Below are positions 40,237 to 49,852 of a DNA stretch of 64,000 nt, in pieces. The stretch covers positions 19,838 to 83,837 of the IMG/VR virus record IMGVR_UViG_3300012940_000024. One strand, given 5' to 3'. The stretch comes from a virus. Lineage: Duplodnaviria > Caudoviricetes. Below the pieces are notes generated by a model, which worked only from the letters and a program-made list of their open reading frames with translations, was not told the origin of the DNA and searched no databases. Each line of letters opens with the position of its first letter. The stretch's first letter is position 1. A program made the position numbers and the translations under genes.

Positions 40237-41265
40237 ATGAATAATACTGTGACAAAACAACCATATAATAAAAAGAAAGTGTATGAATTAAAATTTATTA
40301 AAGAAAAGGTAATTAATTTTTTAAATGATAAAAGTGAAAATACCGCACTGAATTATAAAGTAGATATTAATCAATTTACACAATACTTTTTTAAAAAGGA
40401 TTGGGAATGTGTATTAGAAGAAGAATTAGAAAAAATTGAAGCAAACGATATTGTTACATATAAAAACTGGTTAAGGGAGCAATATTCTAACTCAACCGTT
40501 AATAGAAGAATCAATTCAATGAAAAGCATTTTCGGTTATTTAGAAGCAGACAATCCAAAAATAAGAAAAGCTATATTTAAGGTAACAAAAAGCTTAATGG
40601 AGAATCCCGACAGCTACGGTTCTCTTACATGGGAAGAAGTTTGTGAAATGATTGAAAGGGCAAAAAAATATCCTGATGGTGAAGAGTTTAGCATTTTAAT
40701 TGAAGTAGCTGTAAAAACATGTATCCGGCTAAGTGCATTATTAAGCCTTACATGGGAACAAATATATGATAAAAATCAAAAAGGGGAAAACATTAAGGTT
40801 ATAGAAGTAATAGATAAAGGGCAACCGCACATTAAACCCATTTCAGAAAAGCTATACCAACGGATTGAGACATTAAAAGGAAATGAAGTTGTTTTCCGGC
40901 ACTTCCATCCACATAAAGTAGGGAAGTATATTGAAAAGCTTTGCAAAGAAATGAATATCAGTGAAAAAAGAAATATCAAATTCCACTCATTTAAAAAAGC
41001 TGGTATCAACTATGTATTTGATACTACTGGTGACATTATGCTTGCACAACAACAAGGAAATCATAAATCCAGTACCACAACAATGAAATCTTATCTCCAA
41101 AACAAAGAAGATTTAAGAGATATTCCTTCATATACAATGGGGGAAGATATTAATCTTGACGATTTAAACAATTTAAGCAAGGAACAATTATTAGAAGCAA
41201 TCAATAAATTAAGATCAAGTAGTAAATTAGAATTATTAAGAATTACAAAAGAAATTTTTCGATAA
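40237..41265 (+). CDS. Tyrosine recombinase-family protein, SPbeta YopP-like
   Basis: NSTVNRRINSMKS, CIRLSALLSL, FHSFKK, GNHKSSTTTMKSY. Divergent from the XRE gene. Confidence 0.8.
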   Translation: MNNTVTKQPYNKKKVYELKFIKEKVINFLNDKSENTALNYKVDINQFTQYFFKKDWECVLEEELEKIEANDIVTYKNWLREQYSNSTVNRRINSMKSIFGYLEADNPKIRKAIFKVTKSLMENPDSYGSLTWEEVCEMIERAKKYPDGEEFSILIEVAVKTCIRLSALLSLTWEQIYDKNQKGENIKVIEVIDKGQPHIKPISEKLYQRIETLKGNEVVFRHFHPHKVGKYIEKLCKEMNISEKRNIKFHSFKKAGINYVFDTTGDIMLAQQQGNHKSSTTTMKSYLQNKEDLRDIPSYTMGEDINLDDLNNLSKEQLLEAINKLRSSSKLELLRITKEIFR

Positions 41266-41269
41266 AAAT

Positions 41270-41305
41270 AAAAAAGATCCTGCCGTAATTGATGGGATCT
41301 TTTTT
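41270..41305. terminator. Bidirectional terminator between convergent genes
   Basis: AAAAAAGATCC...GGATCTTTTTT inverted repeat. Confidence 0.7.
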
Positions 41306-41316
41306 ATATGTAATTA

Positions 41317-41628
41317 TCATCTTAATTGAAGGAAGGTAATAACATCTTGAATTTTTAAATCATCAACAAACATTTTTGCATTAACCAAATAAATCCATTT
41401 TAATTTCTTAATATGAGTAATATTAAATTCATAACAGATTTTCGTTTCAATAGCCTTTCTTATTTTAAGATTCATTCTTTTTTTAACTTTAGATGGAGTT
41501 TTCTCTAAATTTTCTCCATAAAAATCTTTTGTTAATCTAAATGCATTAATTTCAATAATTTTTAATAATTCATTTATATCTTTTTGTGACAATCTATTTT
41601 CTCTAGAATTTTCTAATAAATGAGTCAT
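41317..41628 (-). CDS. Hypothetical protein, weak ORF6C-like C-terminus
   Basis: RBS present. The domain call is a weak recollection only. Confidence 0.5.
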   Translation of the reverse strand: MTHLLENSRENRLSQKDINELLKIIEINAFRLTKDFYGENLEKTPSKVKKRMNLKIRKAIETKICYEFNITHIKKLKWIYLVNAKMFVDDLKIQDVITFLQLR

Positions 41629-41762
41629 TTCATAACCCCCATTAATTTAATTTGATGAAAGAATATTTTGAGAATTTAATCTCTTTCTTTTTTTATCTTA
41701 ATCCATACATTAGAATATAATGTGATTTTTAAGAAAATATAATTTTCCTGCTTATGTTGACG

Positions 41763-42062
41763 ATTTCAATCCACACATCTATGTATGATGTGACATATGC
41801 ATATACAGACATTGTAATGCAATTCACTAACTTCAATCCACACATCTATGTATGATGTGACCTGTTTTGACTTGTATTTGTTCAGAAGGGATTCAACTTC
41901 AATCCACACATCTATGTATGATGTGACACGAGCGATAGCAAGCGATCTTATTCTTTTGAAATTAACTTCAATCCACACATCTATGTATGATGTGACAACA
42001 AACAGGACACACAAGGCGTTATGGAAGCCGACTTCAATCCACACATCTATGTATGATGTGAC
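41763..42062 (-). CRISPR. CRISPR mini-array: 5 x 32-bp type I-C-like repeats and 4 spacers (35, 34, 37, 34 nt)
   Basis: Repeat GTCACATCATACATAGATGTGTGGATTGAAGT (minus) at 41830, 41896, 41965 and 42031. The leader-distal copy at 41763 ends GAAAT. Internal stem CACATC/GATGTG. Confidence 0.97.
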
Positions 42063-42225
42063 AGCGAATTAAATATTATTAGTAATTTTTTTACCCATTT
42101 TTGAATTAACATTGAGAAATATTACTTATAAATATTCAAATCAATGTTTAAAACAACTTATTTTTAATAAAATTTAGTGCGAATCATCTTGTAAATTTAT
42201 GTTTGCTTTATATTCGCACTAAAAT
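42063..42225 (-). promoter_or_regulatory. CRISPR leader, type I-C-like
   Basis: AT-rich, with TCGCT immediately before the first repeat and a perfect 12-bp inverted repeat TTTAGTGCGAAT (42173-42184)/ATTCGCACTAAA (42212-42223). Confidence 0.7.
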
Positions 42226-42350
42226 AACAAGATGTGTGAACTGCCTATACGGTAACACAATGTATAGGATTAACCCTTAGGTGAGAGTTTAAAATCAAAT
42301 TTAACCTCACCAGTCGGACATAGTAAGCTTGCCCGCCTATCATTAAAAAT
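42226..42350 (-). ncRNA. Candidate tracrRNA
   Basis: Between effector stop and leader. Stems GGTGAG/CTCACC and CCTATAC/GTATAGG, then anti-repeat TTCACACATCT (42230-42240) complementary to repeat AGATGTGTGGA with one G:U. Confidence 0.65.
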
Positions 42351-42355
42351 ATAGT

Positions 42356-43850
42356 TTATTTTGATGTTATGGTATCATCCGTTTCTTTTATAAATTTTTC
42401 ATTTAGATCAGATTCTTCAATTGGTTTAGCGTTTGCAATATTTTGACTGGCATTATAATCTGCGTTTGCTTCAAAACCACATTTTTTACATTTAAATAAT
42501 TCCTGTCTTACACGTTGACCTTCTTCTAAATTTCCGCATTGGCTACAGGTTTGAGAAGTGTAGCTAGGATCAACAAAATAAACTTTAATTCCTTTTTTAT
42601 GTGCTTTATAAACAATCATAATTTGAATTTGATAATATGACCATAAATCATTAAAGTTTTTTCTTTTCTTTTTTTTGTGATTAAATGATAATTTTTCTAA
42701 ATGTATACTTTCAGCATTATGTTTTACTGCAAAATCAACTATTTTTTTACTTATAATATGACTATGATTTTTGCGAAAGTTTTTTTCTTTTTTTTTCAAT
42801 TTTTCTAATGATTTCATTTTTCGTTGGTATCCTTTTCCAGATCTATTACTATCAGAATCAATTTGAAGTCTCCTTCGCTGTGTTTGAATGGCAGTCCAAA
42901 CTTTTAAACCCTTCTCTTTATAACTTATTTTTTCTTTTATATTTGGTTTATCATTTAATGATACATAAGCAGAAATTTCTATTCCTAGATCTACACCAAC
43001 AATTCTATTTGGAATTGATTTTTTTTCTTTTACGGGAATGTCTAAAGCCAAATTTAAAATTAATTTTTTACCAACACTAATACTACTATCACATAATTTA
43101 TATTCTTTATTGATAACTTTATCTAATAATGATATTAATTCATTTTTTTTTTGCTTTTTGTTTACTTCCTTTTTTTAAAATAATTTTAAATAATACCCCT
43201 TTGCCCCATTCGCTATTTGCCCATTTATTTCTAATATTAAGAAAATAATCATCTCCTTCCTTATAAATAACCATTGAACGATTTCTAATCATTAAATTAT
43301 CAGTTTTTTTATATATTTGTATGGTTCGTTCTCCTTTTAATATCTCATCAATGTTATTTTCAAAATCTGCTTTTACTTTACTTATAATACGATTTACAGT
43401 ATCATAATGCAGTTTAAATTTTTTATGTATTAGATTATCTATTAATGTATCTTCATTTAAAATGATAGCTTTTTGATAAATTTTTTCAGCCTGATTATTA
43501 AATTGTTTTTCTAATTCAGTAAGTTTATCTTTAGCATTATTTAGTTCAATTTGTGCTTTTTGAACTCTTTTAAGTGCTTTTTCTTTATCCTTTGCTTTAT
43601 TAGCTTTTTCTTTTACATTAATTAAATTATTTAATTTTTTTTCAATTTTTTCATTTTGTTCTTCAATTTTTTCATTATATATTTCATTAATTTGTTTAAA
43701 TTCTTGTGTGGCAACATGTTTGAAATAATAATGATTAAGTGTAAAATTCAATGCTAGAAATTGCTTATGTAATTCCTCACGCATAAAAATATTAATTTCA
43801 TCTTTGTTTTCAGAAACAATTTTAATTTCAAACTTTCTTGTTAGTTTCAT
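42356..43850 (-). CDS. cas12f: Cas12f-like (type V-F/V-U3, TnpB-derived) RuvC effector, 497 aa if one A is removed from the A10 run at 43143-43152
   Basis: Track ORFs 43140-43850 and 42356-43051 join as AKKNELISLLDKVINKEYKLCDSSISVGKKLILNLALDIP. RuvC I VGVDLG, RuvC II IHLEKLS, Zn finger CSQC/CKKC, RuvC III NADYNASQNI. Adjacent to the CRISPR array. Resembles CnCas12f1 as recalled. Confidence 0.8.
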
Positions 43851-43989
43851 AAATGTTTTTTCCTTTCTTTGTTTGACGTTTGATGATTATAACATTTGCT
43901 GAATTTACAATTTTTATGAAATGTAAATTTTTCCAATTAGAATAAAAATCCAGTCATTACAAAAAATATAGAAGAAAGGAGGTGATAGT

Positions 43990-44598
43990 ATGAAAAAGAT
44001 TTCCTCCATTTTTCTAGGAATTTTCATGATGTTATTCTTTGCTGGACAAACACATGCACAAGGCATGGACACTTACATTGTTCAGCGTGGAGATAGCATG
44101 TGGAAGATTGCGGTGAAATATCAAATTGGAGTAAGCGAAATTATTAACGCTAACAAACAAGTTCAAAATCCGAACTTGATTTATCCAATGCAAAAATTAA
44201 ATATCCCGAATATCGATCAAACAAAGGGTGTAGAACAGCAAATATTGACTTTGGTGAACCAAGAAAGAGCCAAAGCCGGATTACAACCTTTGCAAATGGA
44301 TTGGGAACTTCAACGTGTTGCAAGGATTAAATCACAGGATATGCAAAGCAAAAGATATTTTAGTCACCAATCCCCAACATACGGAAGTCCATTTGACATG
44401 ATGCGTAAGTTCGGTATTTCATTCCGTACTGCCGGAGAAAACATTGCACAAGGACACCGTACCCCACAACAAGTAATGAATAGTTGGATGAACTCTAGTG
44501 GTCATAGGGCGAATATATTAAATGCAAACTTTACTCATATTGGAGTAGGGTATGAACCAACAAATAATTATTGGACACAAATGTTCATTGGAAAGTAG
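43990..44598 (+). CDS. Secreted LysM + CAP/SCP domain protein (SafA/ExsA-type LysM fused to a YkwD-like domain)
   Basis: Signal peptide, YIVQRGDSMWKIA LysM, VNQERAKAGL...YFSHQSPTYGSPFDMM...GENIAQG...WMNSSGHRANIL CAP motifs. Confidence 0.9.
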   Translation: MKKISSIFLGIFMMLFFAGQTHAQGMDTYIVQRGDSMWKIAVKYQIGVSEIINANKQVQNPNLIYPMQKLNIPNIDQTKGVEQQILTLVNQERAKAGLQPLQMDWELQRVARIKSQDMQSKRYFSHQSPTYGSPFDMMRKFGISFRTAGENIAQGHRTPQQVMNSWMNSSGHRANILNANFTHIGVGYEPTNNYWTQMFIGK

Positions 44599-44607
44599 GA
44601 AGATAAG

Positions 44608-44967
44608 ATGAAAAGGATATTTTCTTTTTTAATTGTTGTTATGGGATCTATCTTTGGTGCAACAACAATTAGTGCTAATCAAATAGGGGAGGGTATGATG
44701 CAGGAAATTTTACTACAAGAAGCTGGTACTAACCCCCCACCACATCATGAAGGACAAGAAGAATTTGGTGAAGAATATAATGAAATTTTAAAGAAGGGGA
44801 TTCTTGAACATAGGGTAGCAGACGGAGATACCCTTTGGAAAATTTCAAATTATTACGGTGCTAATTTTGATGAAGTAGTTGAAATCAATAACCAATTTGA
44901 AGATCCAAATATGATTTATCCTGATGATGTTGTATATGTTCCTGTTCATAAAAGATATGTGGAATAA
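44608..44967 (+). CDS. Secreted LysM-domain protein
   Basis: Signal peptide, HRVADGDTLWKIS...DPNMIYPDDVVYVP. Confidence 0.85.
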   Translation: MKRIFSFLIVVMGSIFGATTISANQIGEGMMQEILLQEAGTNPPPHHEGQEEFGEEYNEILKKGILEHRVADGDTLWKISNYYGANFDEVVEINNQFEDPNMIYPDDVVYVPVHKRYVE

Positions 44968-44971
44968 ATCT

Positions 44972-44997
44972 AATACCACTCATTTGAGTGGTATTTA
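44972..44997 (+). terminator. Intrinsic terminator after the LysM genes
   Basis: AATACCACTC-ATTT-GAGTGGTATT followed by a T-rich run. Confidence 0.7.
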
Positions 44998-45331
44998 TTT
45001 TGATAATAATACTTTAGTGTGCTAAAGTGTCGAGATTTTCCCGTAAATCAAAGACCAATATAATTACCATAAATTACCATGAATAATTAATTAAAAAAAT
45101 ATATATTATATAAATGGGTATTTAAATAAAACAACTTTAATTAATTAAGCTTATTATTACTGATATATATCTTATTTATTTATATATAATATATTATTTT
45201 ATTCACATATATATAATGGACTTTAATTTAGCTGGCAAAAAGCCGACACTTTAGCGGGATAAAGTGAAATTATTCAAATAAAAATATACAAAAAGAGTTA
45301 TTCTGTTTCTATGAATAACTCTTTTGTTTGT

Positions 45332-45727
45332 TTAGATATTCAGATGATAATTGCAAAATAAATCGGTTTCTTCATCCTCTATAAGAAAAGGTAAACGTTC
45401 TTTGTAAAAGCCATGCTTTAAAGCAAAAGACACAGCTTCTTGTGTACTAACACTTTCAATGCTAATCATTTCATAACCATTTGATTGTCCGTATAGTTTA
45501 AGTATTTCAAGTAATTTTCCACCATAACCTTTTCTGCCATGCCGGAATTTGATCCTTGCTATGACTAAACGCTTTGTATAATGATTGAGCCTTAACATCA
45601 ATTCGTTATCCTTACCTTCAATAAATAACCTGCCCATATCAATCCTTGCATGTACTGGTGCTTTTCCATCTTCCTCAAATAATGCAATGATTTCTTTAAA
45701 ATCATATAGAGTCACATTTGGCTTCAT
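45332..45727 (-). CDS. GNAT-like acetyltransferase (putative)
   Basis: RHGRKGYGGKLL acetyl-CoA-binding-like motif, F..KHGF motif. Confidence 0.65.
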   Translation of the reverse strand: MKPNVTLYDFKEIIALFEEDGKAPVHARIDMGRLFIEGKDNELMLRLNHYTKRLVIARIKFRHGRKGYGGKLLEILKLYGQSNGYEMISIESVSTQEAVSFALKHGFYKERLPFLIEDEETDLFCNYHLNI

Positions 45728-45796
45728 GTTCTTGCTCCTTTAAATCCTATTGTAAAAATTATACCAAATAAAATAGGCAAAGATATACTGCTACAC

Positions 45797-46594
45797 TTAC
45801 TTTTTAATAATTGGAGTTTTCCTTGTCTTGTATCTAAATCCATTTGATTCATCAATTTTGATTAATTTCATTTTTTCTAAATTAGTAAGTATTCGATTTA
45901 AGGTTTTTGGAGATACATTTAAGGATAGTGCAATATAAGAACGATATACGTTTGGTTTTGAATTGATGAATTGTTCAAATGTGAATAGGAACGCAAAGAC
46001 ATAGAATAATTCAAAACCGAATTTATACGCTGTCACACACCTTGCAAATATCGTAAAATCAATGCGGTGTGTTTTCTCAAATTCAAAGAATGTGCCAGTG
46101 TAATATGTATCTTTGGGATTCCGGTAAAATCCTTTGATTGGCTTTTTACAAATGAAATTGGCTGGTACATTCATTTCTTCTTTTACGTGTTGTGGTAAAT
46201 CTTGATACATAATAAAGTCGATTAAAGCATTATCTTCAATATTAACTTCAATAGGGAAATTGTTTTCAGAAGTGGTATATCCTAACTGATCTAGGATGCC
46301 ACTTCTTTTTGTGATGTAATTAATTGGCTTGCGATCTCCATAAAGGAGGTTTATCAATGTGAGTGAGAATAGTTTTGAAAGAAGAACATAGCCATATTTA
46401 GCGTTTAAATACAAAGCGGATATTAAGTAATAGATAGAGTAGGAAAATGCCCTGTGACGAAAAGACCTAATTTCTGAATCTGTTATGTCTTTGAAAATCT
46501 CATTTGGAAGGTTGGGATTTAAATCTTTTTCTACATTCCATTGAAAGTAATCGAGAAATTCTGCATAGGTTAAATCGAACTTTGTCTTAATCAT
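45797..46594 (-). CDS. Phage hypothetical protein with a C-terminal winged-HTH-like segment
   Basis: GGAGG RBS. IALSLNVSPKTLNRILTNLEKMKLI. Confidence 0.65.
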   Translation of the reverse strand: MIKTKFDLTYAEFLDYFQWNVEKDLNPNLPNEIFKDITDSEIRSFRHRAFSYSIYYLISALYLNAKYGYVLLSKLFSLTLINLLYGDRKPINYITKRSGILDQLGYTTSENNFPIEVNIEDNALIDFIMYQDLPQHVKEEMNVPANFICKKPIKGFYRNPKDTYYTGTFFEFEKTHRIDFTIFARCVTAYKFGFELFYVFAFLFTFEQFINSKPNVYRSYIALSLNVSPKTLNRILTNLEKMKLIKIDESNGFRYKTRKTPIIKK

Positions 46595-49500
46595 TTACAT
46601 TCCTCCTTTTGATAAATTAGTTATAATCTTTAACAAGTATGAAAGAATATACCACGAATGAAAAAGACAGAATATATAAAATAATTTTAATTAACAAAAT
46701 TTAATTATACTGGTATAAGAAAAACGAAAATCGGATAACATGATACTGTTAGTGATAAACAAACGAATCGCCTTATCCCCTCCTGAGATAAGATGTTCGG
46801 ATAAAAAAACTATTTAAATCAGTTCAGAATCACAACAAGTTCATTTACCTCATCAATGAATGACTAATGAGCATTTTGATTTAACTCGTTTTTATTCCAG
46901 TTTATCACTAACAAGGGTTTGTCTGTAATCTCTCTTGCCAGCAGATTAAAATAGAATATTGAGTATGAATCTCTTTTATTTGTGGAATTTTCCATAACAC
47001 CCCATTGATATTCAAAATTTTAGTTTTAAATATCGAGAATTTCCAAAATGACTACTCAATATTCTATCCGGCAACCTTACTTCATCATAAGAAGAATGGA
47101 GGATAAAAATGTGTAAGAGGAAACAGTTAATAAAAACATACATATAAAAGAAGCAAAAAAGGGAAGAGATAGATTGTAACAGCAATGGTTTTAAAAGGGA
47201 AAAGAATAAATTAAAATAACAGGTAAAAACCAAAAGTAAAATGCCTATTCAATAAGCATGAAAGAAGCAAAATTTGATGATCACGACCTGTAGATTACTT
47301 GCAAGCAAAATTATAATATGAGTAAATGTGTGCAAAATCATACGAAAGTCTACTCATGCTGTACTTAACCTGTTAGCAAATAATCAGCAATGACGATCAG
47401 CAATAGGAATCACCATGAACCGACAAGGCAACTGGATAAATGTAATATGAAATATCATGTGCAAATGTTTTTCTATAGGAATATGAGAAAAGCAAAATAA
47501 GCAAAATAAGCAAAGCAAAAGCCATATAATAAGTGAATATTTATCACCCATCTAGCTTTAAATGTTTATGCTTAACTGTTAATAAGCAAAGCCAATAACA
47601 AAAGCCTAAAAAATAGCCTTAACAAAACCAAAAATGCCTTATGTTGAGAAAGCCAAATTGCAATACGCTATCTATTGCAAATAATCGACAAAAATCTAAG
47701 ACAACTTCAAAGCAAGAAAGTTCAAAAATTAAGTTCAAATGATCAAATAGTTACATGAATATAACTAAATGATCAAAGGTCACTGTTCTTTAAAATCACA
47801 ATCTAGACCAAAAGTTAAGCCAAAGTTTAGATCTCACTAATCAAAACTTATCACAAACAATAGCCGAAATTGTGGTATTCGTATCTCGTTGTACAATTGG
47901 TTTCAATGATTGCATAGCAGAACAACGTTTCTATCCATCATATCATTTTGGTAATTGACATGGTTATTCTCATTATTACATGTATCGGTTAAGTAGTTTT
48001 GATGTTTCCGCTTCTGCGTTATTGGAGTGCTATTTAATTCCTTTCTGTCTTATGACTTACTTTTGACTATTCGCTTAGTTACTTGTTATTTAGGATTGTC
48101 TTGAACCTTTATCTATAGCTGGTATATATCTATTTGTTTGCTCGATTGCTACTGAATATGTTGTTTGCATTAATTGTTTTAGTATTGCCCATTTTTATGA
48201 ATTTTATTCTTCATTATAATGAAGTGGGTTGCTGAATCTGCAAACTATTTCTATTTAATATATGGTAAAAAACATTTGAAAATTTAGTTTGTAAATACAA
48301 CTGTATTCCTTTTCGTACAAATGTTTTTTCGATACAGATCGATCTTAATATTTTAATGAATCGAATGAGACATTAAAATTTATTAATTTTAGATTTGTAA
48401 ATTGTATATTAAATATCTCGATAAATTGAGATTCAGAAATAGCAGGGAAGAAGGGGTTACAGATTTCCTTCATTATTCTTTCTCATGATGTGTAAAAATA
48501 TTTCGTCACTTGTCATAAAGGGAAATATTAAAAATTCGAGATGTAGGCGATCAATTATAGATATGTCTGCATCTTGAATTTTTTTATTTTGGGATTTATT
48601 GGAAGGATAATTATAAGGATAAATATGGGATATTTAATCGCTCACATTTTAAGTCGAGATAATATGTGGGTGAACTGCCGGCTTCCTGATTTTTACAATA
48701 GATCCGTTTGCTGTAAAATATCCCCCATTTTGGCATACACATAATTTATCTTATATGCACCTAAAATTTACCATTATATATAAATGCCAAAATTATCCGC
48801 CTGCAATAGTTTTTTCAACATTATAAATTTTCAGAAAATTTAGCATACTAGAAGATCCAAAAAAATCCAATACCGTACAATTTGAATATTTTGAAAATTT
48901 CGATTCGTTTGAAAAAGGGGATCGCACATGTCCAAATTTTCCCATGCTATGAGAAACGACTATCCAAAATTATCCAATCAAAATATCCATTAATTTCCAT
49001 CCATATTTCCAATAATATCCATTTTATCCAACTCTATATTTCCATATTCTTACAATATACCCTTGTATACAAGAGAAAATGTAAGCGTTTGCATTTACGT
49101 TTTAAGCACATATTAAGGCATCTGATACATATATGTCATACTAGAAAAAGAAAGCACAGCGTGGATATATGAAGCCTACAGCACTGTTCAAAATATTCTG
49201 ACAATAGACAAATATTCATTTTTATGAATATCATATACATTTTTTATTTAAAATTATTCTAAATGAAAATTAATGAAAGCTTGTCATATCAATGATTGTT
49301 AGCATTTATCCCTGTCAATGGTTATTAATGTAAATGTATAAGCAACTTTATAAAATTTACCATTGACATAAATAAAGTGGAAAAATGATCCATTGACAAA
49401 AAATATATCATATGTTAAAATACAAAACTTTCTAGAATATTCTGATAATTTTGATTTCCATAACTGGAAAATATCCCCATTAAATTATTTCCCATAATCT

Positions 49501-49740
49501 ACCAATAAATAAATTTCTAAATTTATCCAATAAAATAAAATTTCCAAATTGTGTAAATTAAAATTCCATAATTTAGGCGATCCGAGTTTCTTCTATATAT
49601 ATATTATAAGAGCAATTGTCTGAATATTTTTAATTAACTTTCTTTTTATAAACCTATTGCATTTTTGTTTGAGTACCTGTATAGTAAGTAGTGTTGAGGC
49701 GGTCAAACAACTTCAACAAGTTTTACCAGTTTTTTTCTTG

Positions 49741-49846
49741 TTGACAGATAACTAGATATGTGTTAATATTAAGTTGTCAGGTTGCTTACCTAGTAAGCGA
49801 CTTGGTAAAAATTACAGTTGACAGATAGCTAGATATGTGTTATGAT
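49741..49846 (+). promoter_or_regulatory. Tandem sigmaA-type promoters
   Basis: TTGACA-17-TAATAT (49741) and TTGACA-17-TATGAT (49818), with near-identical spacers. Confidence 0.8.
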
Positions 49847-49852
49847 GAATTT

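Noticed and set aside
41766-42072. ORFs 41766-42044 (-) and 41848-42072 (+) with repeated peptides
   Set aside because: They are translations of the CRISPR repeats.
42356-43850. Reading the two track ORFs as separate genes, or as an ordinary IS605 TnpB insertion
   Set aside because: A single-base change fuses them into one coherent protein. No TnpA is present and the downstream RNA carries an anti-repeat to the adjacent array. IS ends were not rigorously excluded.
47012-49172. ORFs 47012-47233 and 48882-49172
   Set aside because: No RBS and low-complexity composition in an otherwise non-coding region.
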